Assembly: GCA_038087875.1 (NCBI GenBank)
Contig: CM075988.1
Coordinates: 7,194,001-7,258,000, forward strand
DNA: 64,000 nucleotides
DNA from: Malacoraja senta
Taxonomy: Eukaryota
Direction: 5' to 3'
How positions within the stretch are numbered: position 1 is the stretch's first letter; each line of letters starts with the position of its first letter. This document shows positions 12,892 through 25,565 of this stretch, in pieces. The translations under genes and the position numbers were made by a program. The notes under the pieces were generated by a model that worked only from the letters and a program-made list of their open reading frames with translations, was not told where the DNA came from and searched no databases.

Positions 12892-14045
12892 GTGTACAAC
12901 CCACAAATACGGCTTTGGACCCACAGCTTTTGACTTGAAGAAAAGGTTGGCTGCCAATGGTGTATAATCTATCATGTGGAGTGAAGTTACGTCAATCTGC
13001 CCTTAACCTCCATGGACAGTGCATCAGAGTCTGATCTCAAGTTGTTTCAGCAAACAGCATCTATGTTTTCCCTGTTTGAAGCACATAATTACTTTTGCAC
13101 TGTACATTTTAGAGCCCTCATATCTTTTTAACTGTGCTGACGTCAGATTGTGTTGCTCAAATTTTTGCTCTCTTTTTTAACACTGGAAACACAAAAAACG
13201 AGACTTGGAATTTATGAAATTCATTATTTTTCAGTAGAGAGAATTCGGTCATTTTAATTCAACGCCATTGAAAGAGATTTTTTTTTTTCACTTGTGTATG
13301 GCACTGAAATAATGTAAGAATTCAAACAACTTTTCCACGAGTTAAATATTCATAACAAATAGTACCTTGCCTGGTACTATCTGGTCTTGACTCTATCTGG
13401 TCCAGTCCCTTTCCCCAAATCTAACATACAACAACAGTTATTCAAACTCCAGGAGAAGACACTGAGTGCTGGAGTAACTCAGCGGGTCAGGCAGCATCTC
13501 AGGAGAACATTATTAGGCAAAGGTTGGGTCAGGGCTCTTCTTCAAACTCTAGAGATGGTCTGGAAAAAGACGCAAAATGCTGGAGTAACTCAGCGGGTCT
13601 GGCGGCATACCTGGAGATCACGGATGGGGGACGATTCGGGACGGGACCCTTCTTCAGTCTGATTAGGATCCAGACTCCAGGGATAATCTGTTTGACAACA
13701 CCATTAAATGTTTGCAATGTCTTTCTTATTTCTGAGAGAGACAGAACCACTTGATAACTTTAAACACAGCAAGTAAAGAGCCCATTTTCTCTACCACCTG
13801 CATTGAAAACATAGCACAGTGAAACCAGTTGCTCAACATCTAAAAATTACATTCATTAATACACTTCCTAAACCAATACTTAATTTATTAATAGTTCTTG
13901 CAATTCAAAGATTTTTGAGCCGATCAGTACAGATGGAATTAATGTTGATATATTTAGATTTGTTTTGATTTTAGATATGACAGGCATTTGTTTCCAGGAC
14001 ATTGTTGTAGAAAGTAACACAATAAATGATGTTCTAAATGCACAA
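12892..14045 (+). other. Probable terminal non-coding (3'UTR) exon of the PDE9 gene
   Basis: Strong acceptor ttctcctttatag ending 12891; mostly unique AT-rich sequence; AATAAA at 14021. The end point is a guess. Confidence 0.4.
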
Positions 14046-14166
14046 AATGTCTTGTTCTGAATACGGGCATCACTATAATTCATACTGCATGTTCTATAAA
14101 ACATACACCCACATTACAGTCCACTCTCAGCTGATGTGAGGAAGGGGAGTAATGGAAAAACCAGTA

Positions 14167-14553
14167 CAGTAAATCTTGCAATAACAGACCGCTACCTAGC
14201 GGATTTCGGTTGCAGTGGACCAAGACTCCCCCTGCACCACGCCCCCACTTCCGCAAGTTACCCAGTGAGCTGACGTCAACTGAGCGTGCTTCCGGTTGTG
14301 TGAACGGAGAGAGTGAGCAGCATGAAGACTGCATGTGTATTGGACCCGTTCTTGGTGCACTGCATGTGGGGCCGAGGGCTCTGTGCCCCCCCCCCCCATG
14401 AATTCCTGCTTGTTTAATTCCCCCCACCCAACGGCGCATTTCTTCCCTCCCGGCCTTCGGTTTACCCCCCTCACTCAGTTATAGCGAATAATTGGCAATA
14501 ATGGACACCACCCCCACCGTCCCTCCTGTGGTCCATTATTGCGTGGGTTTTTC
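14167..14553. mobile_element. Tc1/mariner (Tigger/pogo-like) MITE remnant with a CpG-rich interior
   Basis: TA followed by CAGTAAATCTTGCAATAACAGACC on the left; imperfect inverted match GGTCCATTATTGCGTGGGTTTT on the right. Confidence 0.45.
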
Positions 14554-14571
14554 TAACCCTAACCCTAACCC
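14553..14571 (+). repeat. (CCCTAA)3 telomere-type repeat
   Basis: ctaaccctaaccctaaccc. Confidence 0.7.
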
Positions 14572-15906
14572 AATCCAGTTACAAATTGCGCTGCAATATA
14601 TTGACGAAACAGTAGTTTGACCCATGTCAGCCTCTTCAGAAGAGGAAGGTTAAATTGAGATGAAAAAATTGATTAAGATGAAGAGAAGGAATTTATCTAA
14701 TACAGTTACGTGGAATAAGAATTATATTTGAGGAAAGACTCTAAATATGCAATATTTCAAAATAAAATGTTGAAGTCTCATACAATGTGGAATTATAATG
14801 TATTTCTTTGTTAATAATGTAGATTGGAGAGATTATTTTTACACACAACACAGAAAATTGGGAGTTCCACGAATTTGGCTCTCTGCCATAGTTTCTGTTT
14901 AGTAATCAAATTTGACTGCATATCGTATGTAGAGATTTGTGATCAGAGTTGCTGCTTAACTTTTTGCATTTTTTTTAAATGTTCACAATGTTTTATTGCA
15001 AGGCACAGCCTTTGTAATACCATTTTTTTCCTTGAGGAAGGAACCCCTCCATTACAGAATGGCTCCTGAAAGACACAATGCCATGATTGTTCACAGTTAC
15101 CAAGGAGATGGGAATGATGTACCTTAGCAATGACCGAACCAGTCTTTCAGATTTAAACTGTACTGCAAGAAATCGCAGAACCATTGCTCAAAAGGTTAAA
15201 TATCCAGTTTTAAGAAACTTCAAGCCTTGTTTGCTAATCCTAATTAACAGTAAAGACGTGTGTTGCTGGAGAAATGGCATTGAACTGTTCCTCTGTCTCC
15301 ATTATCGTTCAGGATTCTTGCTGCTGGAAATAAGTTTCCAGAAGTTAGTAAACCAGTTCTTAATAAGGCAGCATTTTTCTTGTTCATGGTCTTATTGAAA
15401 GTTTTTCAGCATCAATTCTGTATAAGCAGGGAAAGATGATTAAGGGAAAATATGAAACCTGACCACAGCACTCCAAGGTGGATCCTATGCTCCTTGGACT
15501 TTCGTCAGTTGACCAACGACCTGAACGAGTTCTGCAGGTTCAATAGACCGAAACATAACCCTGGTGCCCCCTTCCCCCTCTCCCCTCCCCCCCCCCCCCC
15601 CCCCCCCGCTGCCTCCCCCACCACTCCTCCCCAATCACCACTTCACACCTAATTACAGCCTGATTCCAGTCTGCAAAGACTGGGCCCTCCTCCACTACCC
15701 ACCCCCTGCTTGCTGCCCAACACCAGTTGGCCACTTCTGCATCACTAACAACAGATATTGAGGAGGTGGAAAAGCTATTCTGGAGACAGAAAAAACAGAA
15801 ATCGCCAGGACCGGACAATGTTTCCCCGTCTACCCTCAAGCTCTGTGCCGAACAACTGGCACCAGTCTACACAGACATTTTCAATCGGTCCCTGCAAACC
15901 TGCACA

Positions 15907-16001
15907 GTCTGAAGAAGGGTTTCGGCCCGAAACGTTGCCTATTTCCTTCGCTCCATAGATGCTGCTGCGCCCGCTGAGTTTCTCCAGCATTTTTGTGTAC
16001 C
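15907..16001 (+). mobile_element. Solo Penelope pLTR insertion with hammerhead-like core
   Basis: gtCTGAAGAagggtttcggcccGAAACgtt; flanked by duplicated acctgcacagtc, which overlaps the element ends. Confidence 0.8.
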
Positions 16002-16367
16002 TGCACAGTCCCTGCCTGCTTAAAAGCCTCCACTATTGTTCCTGTACCCAAAAAACCAAGGTCATAATGACTACAGGCCTGTCGGACTGTCCTCTGAAGT
16101 CATGAAGACCCTTGAAAGACCTGTGCTGACCCACCTGAAAAATATCACAACCCCCCTGCTGGACCCCATGCAGTTTGCACGTTGGGCCAATAGATCTGTG
16201 GATGATGCAGTCAACCTAGGCCTGCACTTCATCCTCCAGCACCTAGACCACCAGGGGACCTATGCAAGAGTTTTGTTTGTGGATTTTATCTCTGCATTCA
16301 ACACCATTGTGCCAGAGCTACTATACCCCAAACTCTCCCAGTTGACTGTGCCTGAACCCCTCTGTCA

Positions 16368-19300
16368 TAGATACATAGATACATAGAAAATAGGTGCAGG
16401 AGTAGGCCATTCGGCCCTTCGAGCCTGCACCGCCATTCAATATGATCATGGCTGATCATCCAACTCAGTATCCCGTACCTGCCTTCTCTCCATACCCCCT
16501 GATCCCTTTAGCCACAAGGGCCACATCTAACTCCCTCTTAAATATAGCCAATGAACTGGCCTCAACTACCCTCTGTGGCAGAGAGTTCCAGAGATTCACC
16601 ACTCTCTGTGTGAAAAAGTTTTTCCTCATCTCGGTCTTAAAGGATTTCCCCCTTATCCTTAAGCTGTGACCCCTTGTCCTGGACTTCCCCAACATCGGGA
16701 ACAATCTTCCTGCATCTAGCCTGTCCAACCCCATAAGAATTTTGTACGTTTCTATAAGATCCCCTCTCAATCTCCTAAATTCTAGCGAGTATAAGCCAAG
16801 TCTATCCAGTCTTTCTTCATATGAAAGTCCTGACATCCCAGGAATCAGTCTGGTGAACCTTCTCTGCACTCCCTCTATGGCTATAATGTCCTTCCTCAGA
16901 TTTGGAGACCAAAACTGTACGCAATACTCCAGGTGTGGTCTCACCAAGACCCTGTACAACTGCAGTAGAACCTCCCTGCTCCTATACTCAAATCCTCTTG
17001 CTATGAAGGCCACCATACCATTGGCTTTCTTCACTGCCTGCTGCACCTGCATGCCTACTTTCAATGACTGGTGTACCATGACACCCAGGTCTCACTGCAC
17101 CTCCCCATTTCCTAATCGGCCACCATTTAGATAATAGTCTGCCTTCCTGTTTTTGCCACCAAAGTGGATAACCTCACATTTATCCACATTATACTGCATC
17201 TGCCAAACATTTGCCCACTCACCCAGCCTATCCAAGTCACCTTGCAGTCTCCTAGCATCCTCCTCACAGCTAACACTGCCCCCCAGCTTAGTGTCATCCG
17301 CAAACTTGGAGATGTTGCTTTCAATTCCCTTGTCCAGATCATTAATATAAATTGTAAATAGCTGGGGTCCCAGCACTGAGCCTTGCGGTACCCCACTAGT
17401 CACTGCCTGCCATTGTGAAAAGGACCCGTTTACTCCTACTCTTTGCTTCCTGTTTGCCAGCCAGTTCTCTATCCACATCAATACTGAACCCCCAATACCG
17501 TGTGATTTCAGTTTGTATCCTAATCTCTTATGTGGTACCTTGTCGAAAGCCTTCTGAATGTCCAGATACAACACATCCACTGGTTCTCCCCTATCCACTC
17601 TACTAGTTACATCCTCGAAAAATTCTATAAGATTCGTCAGACACGATTTACCTTTCGTAAATCCATGCTGACTTTGTCCAATGATTTCACCACTTTCCAA
17701 ATGTGCTGCTATCCCATCTTTAATAACTGACTCTAGCAGTTTCCCCACTACCGATGTTAGACTAACTGGTCTGTAATTCCCCGTTTTCTCTCTCCCTCCC
17801 TTCTTAAAAAGTGGGGTTACGTTTGCTACCCTCCAATCCTCAGGAACTACTCCAGAATCTAAAGAATTTTGAAAAATTATCACTAATGCATCCACTATTT
17901 CTGGAGCTACTTCCTTAAGTACTCTGGGATGCAGCCTATCTGGCCCTGGTGATTTATCGGCCTTTAATCCATTCAATTTACCCAACACCACTTCCCGACT
18001 AACCTGGATTTCACTCAGTTCCTCCATCTCCTTTGACCCGCGGCCCCCTGCTATTTCCGGCAAATTATTTATGTCTTCCTTAGTGAAGACGGAACCAAAG
18101 TAGTTATTCAATTGGTCCGCCATATCCTTGTTCCCCATGATCAATTCACCTGTTTCTGACTGCAAGGGACCTACATTTGTTTTAACTAATCTCTTTCTCT
18201 TCACATATCTATAAAAACTTTTGCAGTCAGTTTTTATGTTCCCTGCCAGTTTCCTTTCATAATCTATTTTCCCTTTCCTAATTAAGCCCTTTGTCCTCCT
18301 CTGCTGGTCTCTGAATTTCTCCCAGTCCTCTGGTATGCTGCTTTTTCTGGCTAATTTGTACGCAACATCTTTTGCTTTGATACTATCCCTGATTTCCCTT
18401 GTTATCCACGGATGCACTACCTTCCCTGATTTATTCTTTTGCCAAACTGGGATGAACATTTTTTGTAGTTCATCCATGCAGTCTTTAAATGCCTTCCATT
18501 GCATATCCACCGTCAACCCTTTTAGAACTAATTGCCAGTCAATCTTGGCCAATTCACGTCTCATACCCTCAAAGTTGCCTTTCTTTAAGTTCAGAACCGT
18601 TGTTTCTGAATTAACAATGTCACTCTCCATCCTAATGAAGAACTCAACCATATTATGGTCACTCTTGCCCAAGGGGGCACGCACAACAAGTCTGCTAACT
18701 AACCCTTCCTCATTACTCAATACCCAGTCTAGAATAGCCTGCTCTCTCGTTGGTTCCTCTACATGTTGGTTTAGATAACTATCCCTCATACATTCCAAGA
18801 AATCCTCTTCCTCAGCACCCCTGCCAATTTGATTCACCCAATCTATATGTAGATTGAAGTCACCCATTATAACTGTTTTGCCTTTGTTGCACGCATTTCT
18901 AATTTCCTGTTTGATGCCATCCCCAACTTCACTACTACTGCTAGGTGGCCTGTACACAACACCCACCAGCGTTTTCTGCCCCATAGTGTTTCGTAGCTCT
19001 ACCCATACCGATTCCACATCCTCCAAGCTAATGTCCTTCCTTTCCACTGCGTTAATCTCCTCTCTAACCAGCAACGCTACCCCACCTCCTTTTCCTTTCT
19101 CTCTATCCCTCCTGAATATTGAATATCCCTGGATGTTCAGCTCCCAGCCTTGGTCACCCTGGAGCCATGTCTCCGTGATCCCAACTATATCATAATCATT
19201 AATTGCTATCTGCACGTTCAACTCATCGACCTTATTACGAATGCTCCTTGCATTGAGACACAAAGCCTTCAGGCTTGTTTTTACAACGCTCTTACCCCTT

Positions 19301-19595
19301 ATACAATTATGTTGGAAAGTGGCTCTTTTTGATTTTTGCCCTGGATTTGTCTGCCTGCCACTTTTACTTTTCACCTTGCTACCTATTGCTTCCACCCGCA
19401 TTTTGCACCCCTCTGTTTCTCTGCTCACCCATTTAAGAACCCCACCACCTCTTATTCTCCGTTTATTATTGTTTTCTTCTTTCCCCCCTACATGTTGGGT
19501 CTGAGTGCTTTCCTTCTCTGCCTCCTGCCTCACACACTGTCTAATAGCATTCTCTATTTGAGTCCCTCCCCCCAACCATTCTAGTTTAAAGTCTC
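16368..19595 (-). mobile_element. Young CR1 LINE, 5'-truncated near the ORF1/ORF2 boundary
   Basis: Flanked by ctgtca at 16362-16367 and 19596-19601; short tandem-repeat tail (catagata) at its 3' end; carries the endonuclease and RT. Confidence 0.95.
16465..19590 (-). pseudogene. CR1 ORF2 (APE endonuclease plus RT), in frame throughout except one TGA at 17092-17094
   Basis: LNARSIRNK, GITETWL, MGDFN, SDHN, YRPVSLTS, GVPQGSVLGP, FADD; the 204-aa ORF continues in the same frame after the stop. Confidence 0.92.
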
Positions 19596-20589
19596 CTGTC
19601 AGTGGATCACCAACTTCCTGACATACAGGAAGCAGCATGTGAGGCTGGGAAAGCACATCTCGGACCCATTGACCCTCAGCATAGGAGCACCACAAGGCTG
19701 CGTACTCTCCCCTCTCCTTTACACTCTCTACACCAACAACTGCACCTCCACAGACTCCTCTGTCAAGCTTCTCAAGTTTGCGGATGACACAACCCTGATT
19801 GGACTCATCAAGGATGGGGAGGAATCTGCCTACAGACAGGAAGTGACACCACTGGCGTCCTGGTGCCATTGCATCAACCTGGAGCTCAATGCTCTTAAGA
19901 CAGTGGAATTGATTGTAGACTTTAGGAGAGCTCCCCCTCCCCTCACCCCACTCACCATCAACAACACCACAGTCACATCTGTGGAGTCTTTTAAGTTTCT
20001 TGGAACCATCATCTCCAGGGACTTTAAATGGGGGGGGGGGGGGGGCCACCATCGACTCCACTGCCAAAATGACCCAACAGATGATGTACTTCCTGCGGCA
20101 GCTGACAAAACACAATCTGCCACAGGCAATGTTGGTCTAGTTTTATACGGCCATCATAGAGTCTGTCCTCACCTTCTCCATTATGGTCTGGTTTGGTTCA
20201 GCCACCAAGCATGACATCCGGAGACTGCAGCGCATCGTTCGGTCAGCCGAGAAGGTTGTTGGCTGCAACCTTCCCTCCATCGACGAACTGTACACTGCAA
20301 GGGCCAGGAAGCGGGCGGGTAAGATAATCTCTGACACCTCTCACCCTGGCCACAAACTCTTTGAAGGCGGCTCCGGACTGTCAAAGCTGCCACAGACATA
20401 AAAGAGAGCTGAGAGACATATAATTTCTTTGGAAAAGTGAAGTGGCGGATGTGCCTGGTGGTGGCATTGTGTTGGAGCCATTGGCCAACAACTTACCTCA
20501 AGATAACTACTCAAAAAGCTCAATCTCTTATCAAAGAACTTGCTCAATAAATAATTGTACACAACAAAAATAATATACCTTTAATTCGA

Positions 20590-20800
20590 GATAGCCACAA
20601 AGTGCTGGAGTAACTCAGGTGGATCAGGCAGCATCTCTGGAGAAAAAGGACCGGTGATGTTTCGGGTTGGGATCCTTATTCAGTCTGCCTCGAAACGTCA
20701 ATGATCCTTTTTCTCCAGAGATGCTGCCTGACCCACTGAGTTACTCAAGCAGTTTGTGCCTATCTGAGGTAAAAAACAGCTTCTGCCGATCTTTGTTTCT
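20590..20800. repeat. Palindromic Penelope pLTR pair
   Basis: cacaaagtgctggagtaactcag...ctgagttactcaagcagtttgtg inverted arms. Confidence 0.7.
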
Positions 20801-21209
20801 ACCTTATACCTTTAATTAGTACATCATATAACCTCTGGATGTCCTATAGTGTTTCACAGAAAATTAAGTGCTATTGAAATGTCACAACGTCGTATAACAC
20901 CTCTACTAATTTGCATGCAATAAGATTCCACAAACAGAGAGGCACATAGGATCAAATCATTATTTCTCTGCAGTCATTTGAGGATTAAAGGCAGCTTTGG
21001 TTTCCTTGAAGTATTGTTGTGATCTTTTTTATATCCACCTGGATGTGTTTTAATGATTCACCAGGAAACAACACTTTCAGCAGCGCAGTATTCCCTCAGT
21101 AATACACTGCAGAATCTTCACAGATTACATTATTCAACTTGTGGGTTAGGACTCAAAATCACAGCCTGCTGACTCAGATAAGAAACTGTGCAATATCTCT
21201 TTGACTATG

Positions 21210-21990
21210 GTTTAGTTAAATTTAGTTTATTGTCGCGTGTACCAAGGTACTGTGAAACGCTTGTTTTTATTGCGTACTATCCAGTCAGGGGGAAGGCTGG
21301 ACATTGTTGCATTCAAGACACCCACAAGGAATAATGTTTAGTGCAAGATAAAGCCCAGTAAAAGTCTGATTAAAGGTAGTCCAAGGGTCTCCAATGAGGT
21401 AGATGGAATAGCAGGACCTCTCTAGTTGACGATATGATGATTAATTTGCCTTATAACAGCTGGGAAGAAACTGTCCCTGAATTTCGAGGTATGCGTTTTC
21501 ACATTTCTGTACCTCTTGCCTGATGGGAGTAGGGAGACAAAAATGCTGGAGAAACTCAGCGGGTGAGGCAGCATCTATGGAGCGAAGGAAACGGGAGTGT
21601 CCGGGGTGAAACACGTCTTTGATTATGCCGGTGGCCTTGCTCAGGCAACGTGAGGTGAAGAAGAAGTCAATGAAAAGGAGGATGGTTTGCCTGATGGCCC
21701 GGGCTGCATCCACAATTCTCTGCAATTTCTTGTGGTCTTGGACAGAGCTCTTCCCAATGATGGTGGTGGTTGGATGGGTGGTGGGAATTTGGAACGAGCT
21801 GCGAGAGGAGGTAGTTAGGGCAGGTACTATAATAACATTTAAAAGACATTTGGAGAGGTACATGGATAAGAAAGGTTTAGAGGGATATGGGCCAAATGCA
21901 GGCAGGTGGGACTAGTGTAGATGGGGCATCTTGGTCAGCATCATTAAGTTAGGCCGCAAAGTCTGTTTCCAAACTGTATGATTCTATGAC
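21210..21990. mobile_element. Rex1-type LINE 3' fragment (minus) with a pLTR piece inserted at ~21535-21590, joined to a CR1 3' end (plus)
   Basis: QDHKKLQRIVDAA and IIKDVFHPGH on the minus strand; WNELREEVVRAGTIITFKRHL on the plus strand. Confidence 0.7.
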
Positions 21991-22325
21991 TCCATACACA
22001 ATAACTAATTCTATCTCATACCTCCATCCTCCCACTCTTTCCATCCTGATTAAGTCATCCAATATCTCAATCACTCCACAAATAACTAACCATTTTCACA
22101 ATAACTCAATCGTTCAATTCATCAAGCCTCTGTTCAGCATTATTCGTGGAGACACAAGAGACTGCAGATGCTGGAATCTGGAACAAAAAATAAACTGCTG
22201 AAGGAATTCAAGGGCCTAGCAGAATCTGTGGAGGCACTGGGATGGCTGAGGTTTCAAGGCCTTGCATTAGGAGCCATGCCCTGATTAAGTTTCTCAGTAC
22301 CACAAGCTAGCACCACATAAGCAAT

Positions 22326-22454
22326 GTCTGAAGAAGGGTTTCGGCCCGAAACGTTGCCTATTTCCTTCGCTCCATAGATGCTGCTACACCCGCTGAGTTT
22401 CTCCAGCATTTTTGTGTACCTTCGATTTTCCAGCATCTGCAGTTCCTTCTTTAA
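22326..22454 (+). mobile_element. Solo Penelope pLTR insertion with hammerhead-like core
   Basis: Starts gtCTGAAGAagggtttcggcccGAAACgtt; flanked by caccacataagcaat and caccacataaccaat. Confidence 0.8.
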
Positions 22455-24329
22455 CACCACATAACCAATACCTACTTGTGTAGGAAGGAACTGCAGATGC
22501 TGGTTTAAACCAAAGATAGACACAAAAAAGCCAGAGTAACTCTGCAGGACAGGCAGCATCTCTGGAGAAAAGGAATGGGTGACATTTCGGGTCGAAACCC
22601 TTCTATAGATTCACAACAATACTTACTTACTCATTTAATCACTCACTGAACCACTTTCCTCTCGACTAACTCACACTATAGATTCATAACTGAATTATCA
22701 ACGTTATAAAAAGCTTTAATCCTTACCATTGCTCCCTATCTTGTTTCACCTGAAAGTGTTCACTGTTGCTGAAATGGAGTTCAAGAATGCCGCTCGCCTT
22801 CTTTAGCTGGCCCACTGTGGATCATTTATGCCTTGGCATAACCTTGTGCGTAAGCCTTGCAGGAAAAGTTGGTAGACCATTGAACTGCTGACAGCATCAT
22901 AACTGAGCTGAATCCTGTCATCACTGAATGCCCACACAAGCACAGTTTCAGCAGGGGTCACTGATTAGCAATTTGGCACAGGAATTTCTTAGTGCTCAGA
23001 GGTACCAACGGCACCCCTGGTGCCTCAATTGCTCCCCTTGCTCTGTTCATTTTGAAATTTTTCCTTTAAAGTTTCAACTAAAACAGGCAATAACCCCAAT
23101 CACATTGTTCCTAAATTACTGGCATCCGGGAGCGATTTGCCTATTTTCCGCAGTAATATCTGTAAAACGGTTAATGATGTGCATGGAACACTACTGGGAC
23201 ATCTGTGGTGAATTATAGAATTATAGTTTCACTGGTCTTTTTCCATGGTACTTCATTCATAATGTGAAATCTCCTTGTGGGTGTAATAACTCTGAAAACA
23301 TAATGGAATCGGAAATAAGGTAATCAAAGTGTTACCCCGTACACTATCCAGAGCTTAATTTGGATTAAAGTGGGAGTTTTTTTCAATGTTGTTGACATTG
23401 AAGTGGATTAGATATAAATGATGTTGAGCTCTATCATTTCTCAGTAATATGATGAGATCAAAGTCCAATACCTCCACCAATAGAATAGACAACTGATTTC
23501 TAATGGAGACACAATCCTTTCTATGAAATGTGCTTTCACGTTACCAAGATTAATGAGATTTTTGCAAAGTTTATGCTGCCATCTTTAAGTCAAATGGATG
23601 CATTTTCCAAATTGACTTTAAGTCTCAGTTTTGGCTTGTGGGGCTCCAATATTTTTCAAATCTAACTGGTCAATTACGACATTGAAGTCATTTAACAATT
23701 CCAAATGTAGAATGCATTTGCAAGAATCTGTGCCAGCAATAGATGTGAAGTTGCATTTTGTGAGCCTTTGATAATTTAGCCAATTTGAAAATCTGATGAC
23801 ATACTTTGAATTTCTATCAGGTAATTAAAACAAACCATGTACTTTGATGATGGTAAAATGGCTTCCCTGTGGCAAGAAGAAACAAATTACACCAGGGATT
23901 TTGCAAACAAAATCAAAAAGTATGTCCCTGTCATGATGGGCGCAGAGCAGCAGTAAGTTTTTAGTGCAAGACATTCATATTTCACATTTTGAAATTAGAT
24001 ATTGGCAATTCACATACTGAACAGAATGTACTAACTAGCTGCCATCATTAACTGCTCATTAATTTTCCAGTGTTATCCCTCAACATCTTCTTTTCCCAAA
24101 CCAGGCACCGTGACTGACTGATAACATCTGCCCCTATTGCTGCAGGTATTAGCTTAATAACTGGCTTGCAATTTGTGTTTAAAATGGAATATATCATGAT
24201 TACAGCACACTTAACAAAAGCCTACTGATTATTATGTTTATTATTTCCTCCACCAAAGTCCTCTTTAACTCCACAATAAAAACTATATTTTTTAACAAAA
24301 GATTGAAAACATGCCTTTCAATCCTAGCT

Positions 24330-24972
24330 AGACAAAAATGCTGGAGAAACTCAGCGGGTGAGGCAGCATCTATGAAGAGAAGGAAATAGGCAAAATTTCG
24401 GGTCGAGACCCTTCTTCAGACTGATGTGAGGTTGGGGGGGCGGGAAGAAGAAAGGAAGAGGTGGAGCTAGTGGGCTGAGGGAGAGCTGAGAAGGGGAGGG
24501 GAAAGTGAGGACTACCTGAAATTAGAGAAGTCAATGTTCATACCGCTGGGGTGCAAACTGCCCAAGCGAAATATGAGGTGCTGCTCCTCCAATTTACGGT
24601 GGTCCTCACTCTGGCCATGGAGGAGGCCCAGGACAGAAAGGTCGGATTCGGAATGAAAGGGGGAGGTGAAGCGCTAAGCCACCAGGAGATCAGGTTGGTT
24701 ATTGCAAACCGAGCGGTGGTGTTAGGCGAAGCGATCGCAAAGCCTACGCTTGGTCTCACCGATATAGAGCAGTTGACATCTAGAGCAGCGGATGCAATAG
24801 ATGAGGTTGGAGGAGGTGCAGGTGAACCTCTGCCGCACCTGGAAAGACTGCTTGGGTCCTTGAATGGAGTCAAGAGGGGAGGTAAAGTGACAAATGTAGC
24901 ATTTCCTGTGGTTGCAAGGGAAAGTGCCCGGAGAGGGGGTGGTTCGGGTGGGAAGGGACGAATTGACCAGGG
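24330..24972 (-). mobile_element. Penelope-like element 3' part (GIY-YIG plus pLTR)
   Basis: NLIYCIRCSRCQLLYIGETKRRL in ORF 24722-24997. Confidence 0.88.
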
Positions 24973-25565
24973 AAATCCTACATTTACTTTGCAACAATGC
25001 AACCTTTGTTTCAAGTTAGCTAAGTTCCTCAAAATGACGTGAAATAGACCAAGCTTCGCAGGAATTTTAGAGTGAAGATAAAGATTTGGAAAGCAGAGAC
25101 TTGGGAGTTTGGGACTTGGGGAGTCACTCTGACTTGGAGATTAGAGGCAGGGCATACCGGTAAAGTTAGCAATTTCTTCTGGATGAGTTGCAGTATTAAA
25201 CCGGTGGAGGATGAAAGTTTGCAGTTGACACCAGCAAAAGCAAAGCACACCATGTCATCAGTGGTAGAGAGATTGGTTGATGCCGGATTAACACATAGAA
25301 AGACAACTACAGTTAATCCAGTCTGTGATGAAGGATCTAAAATCATCACAGAAAATTGCTCACAAAGACCAGTGGTTCTGTGGTGTGGAGTTCCCTTTTT
25401 CCTGACAGAAGTTCTGGTGTTTGTGTTTGAATGCAAAGGTTCAGTGGCTCTTCGGTCCTGGTTTTGGACATTAAGGGAATCAAGAGATAGTGCTGGAAAG
25501 CGGTTCTGAAGTAAAAGATCAGCTGTGAATTTACTGAATGGTGGAGCATGTACAAGGGATTGAAT

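Larger units (their letters stand above)
15410..20400 (+). mobile_element. Rex1/Babar-like LINE RT pseudogene, split by a pLTR and a CR1 insertion
   Basis: KSPGPDNVSP, DYRPVGLSSEVMKTLE, LFVDFISAFNTI, then after the CR1 GAPQGCVLSPLLYTLYT and KFADDTT; frameshifted. Confidence 0.88.

Noticed and set aside
17092..20115. 1007-aa ORF as a novel fusion gene
   Set aside because: Its first ~173 aa are the antisense strand of the Rex1-type element, joined by chance to CR1 ORF2 at the insertion junction.
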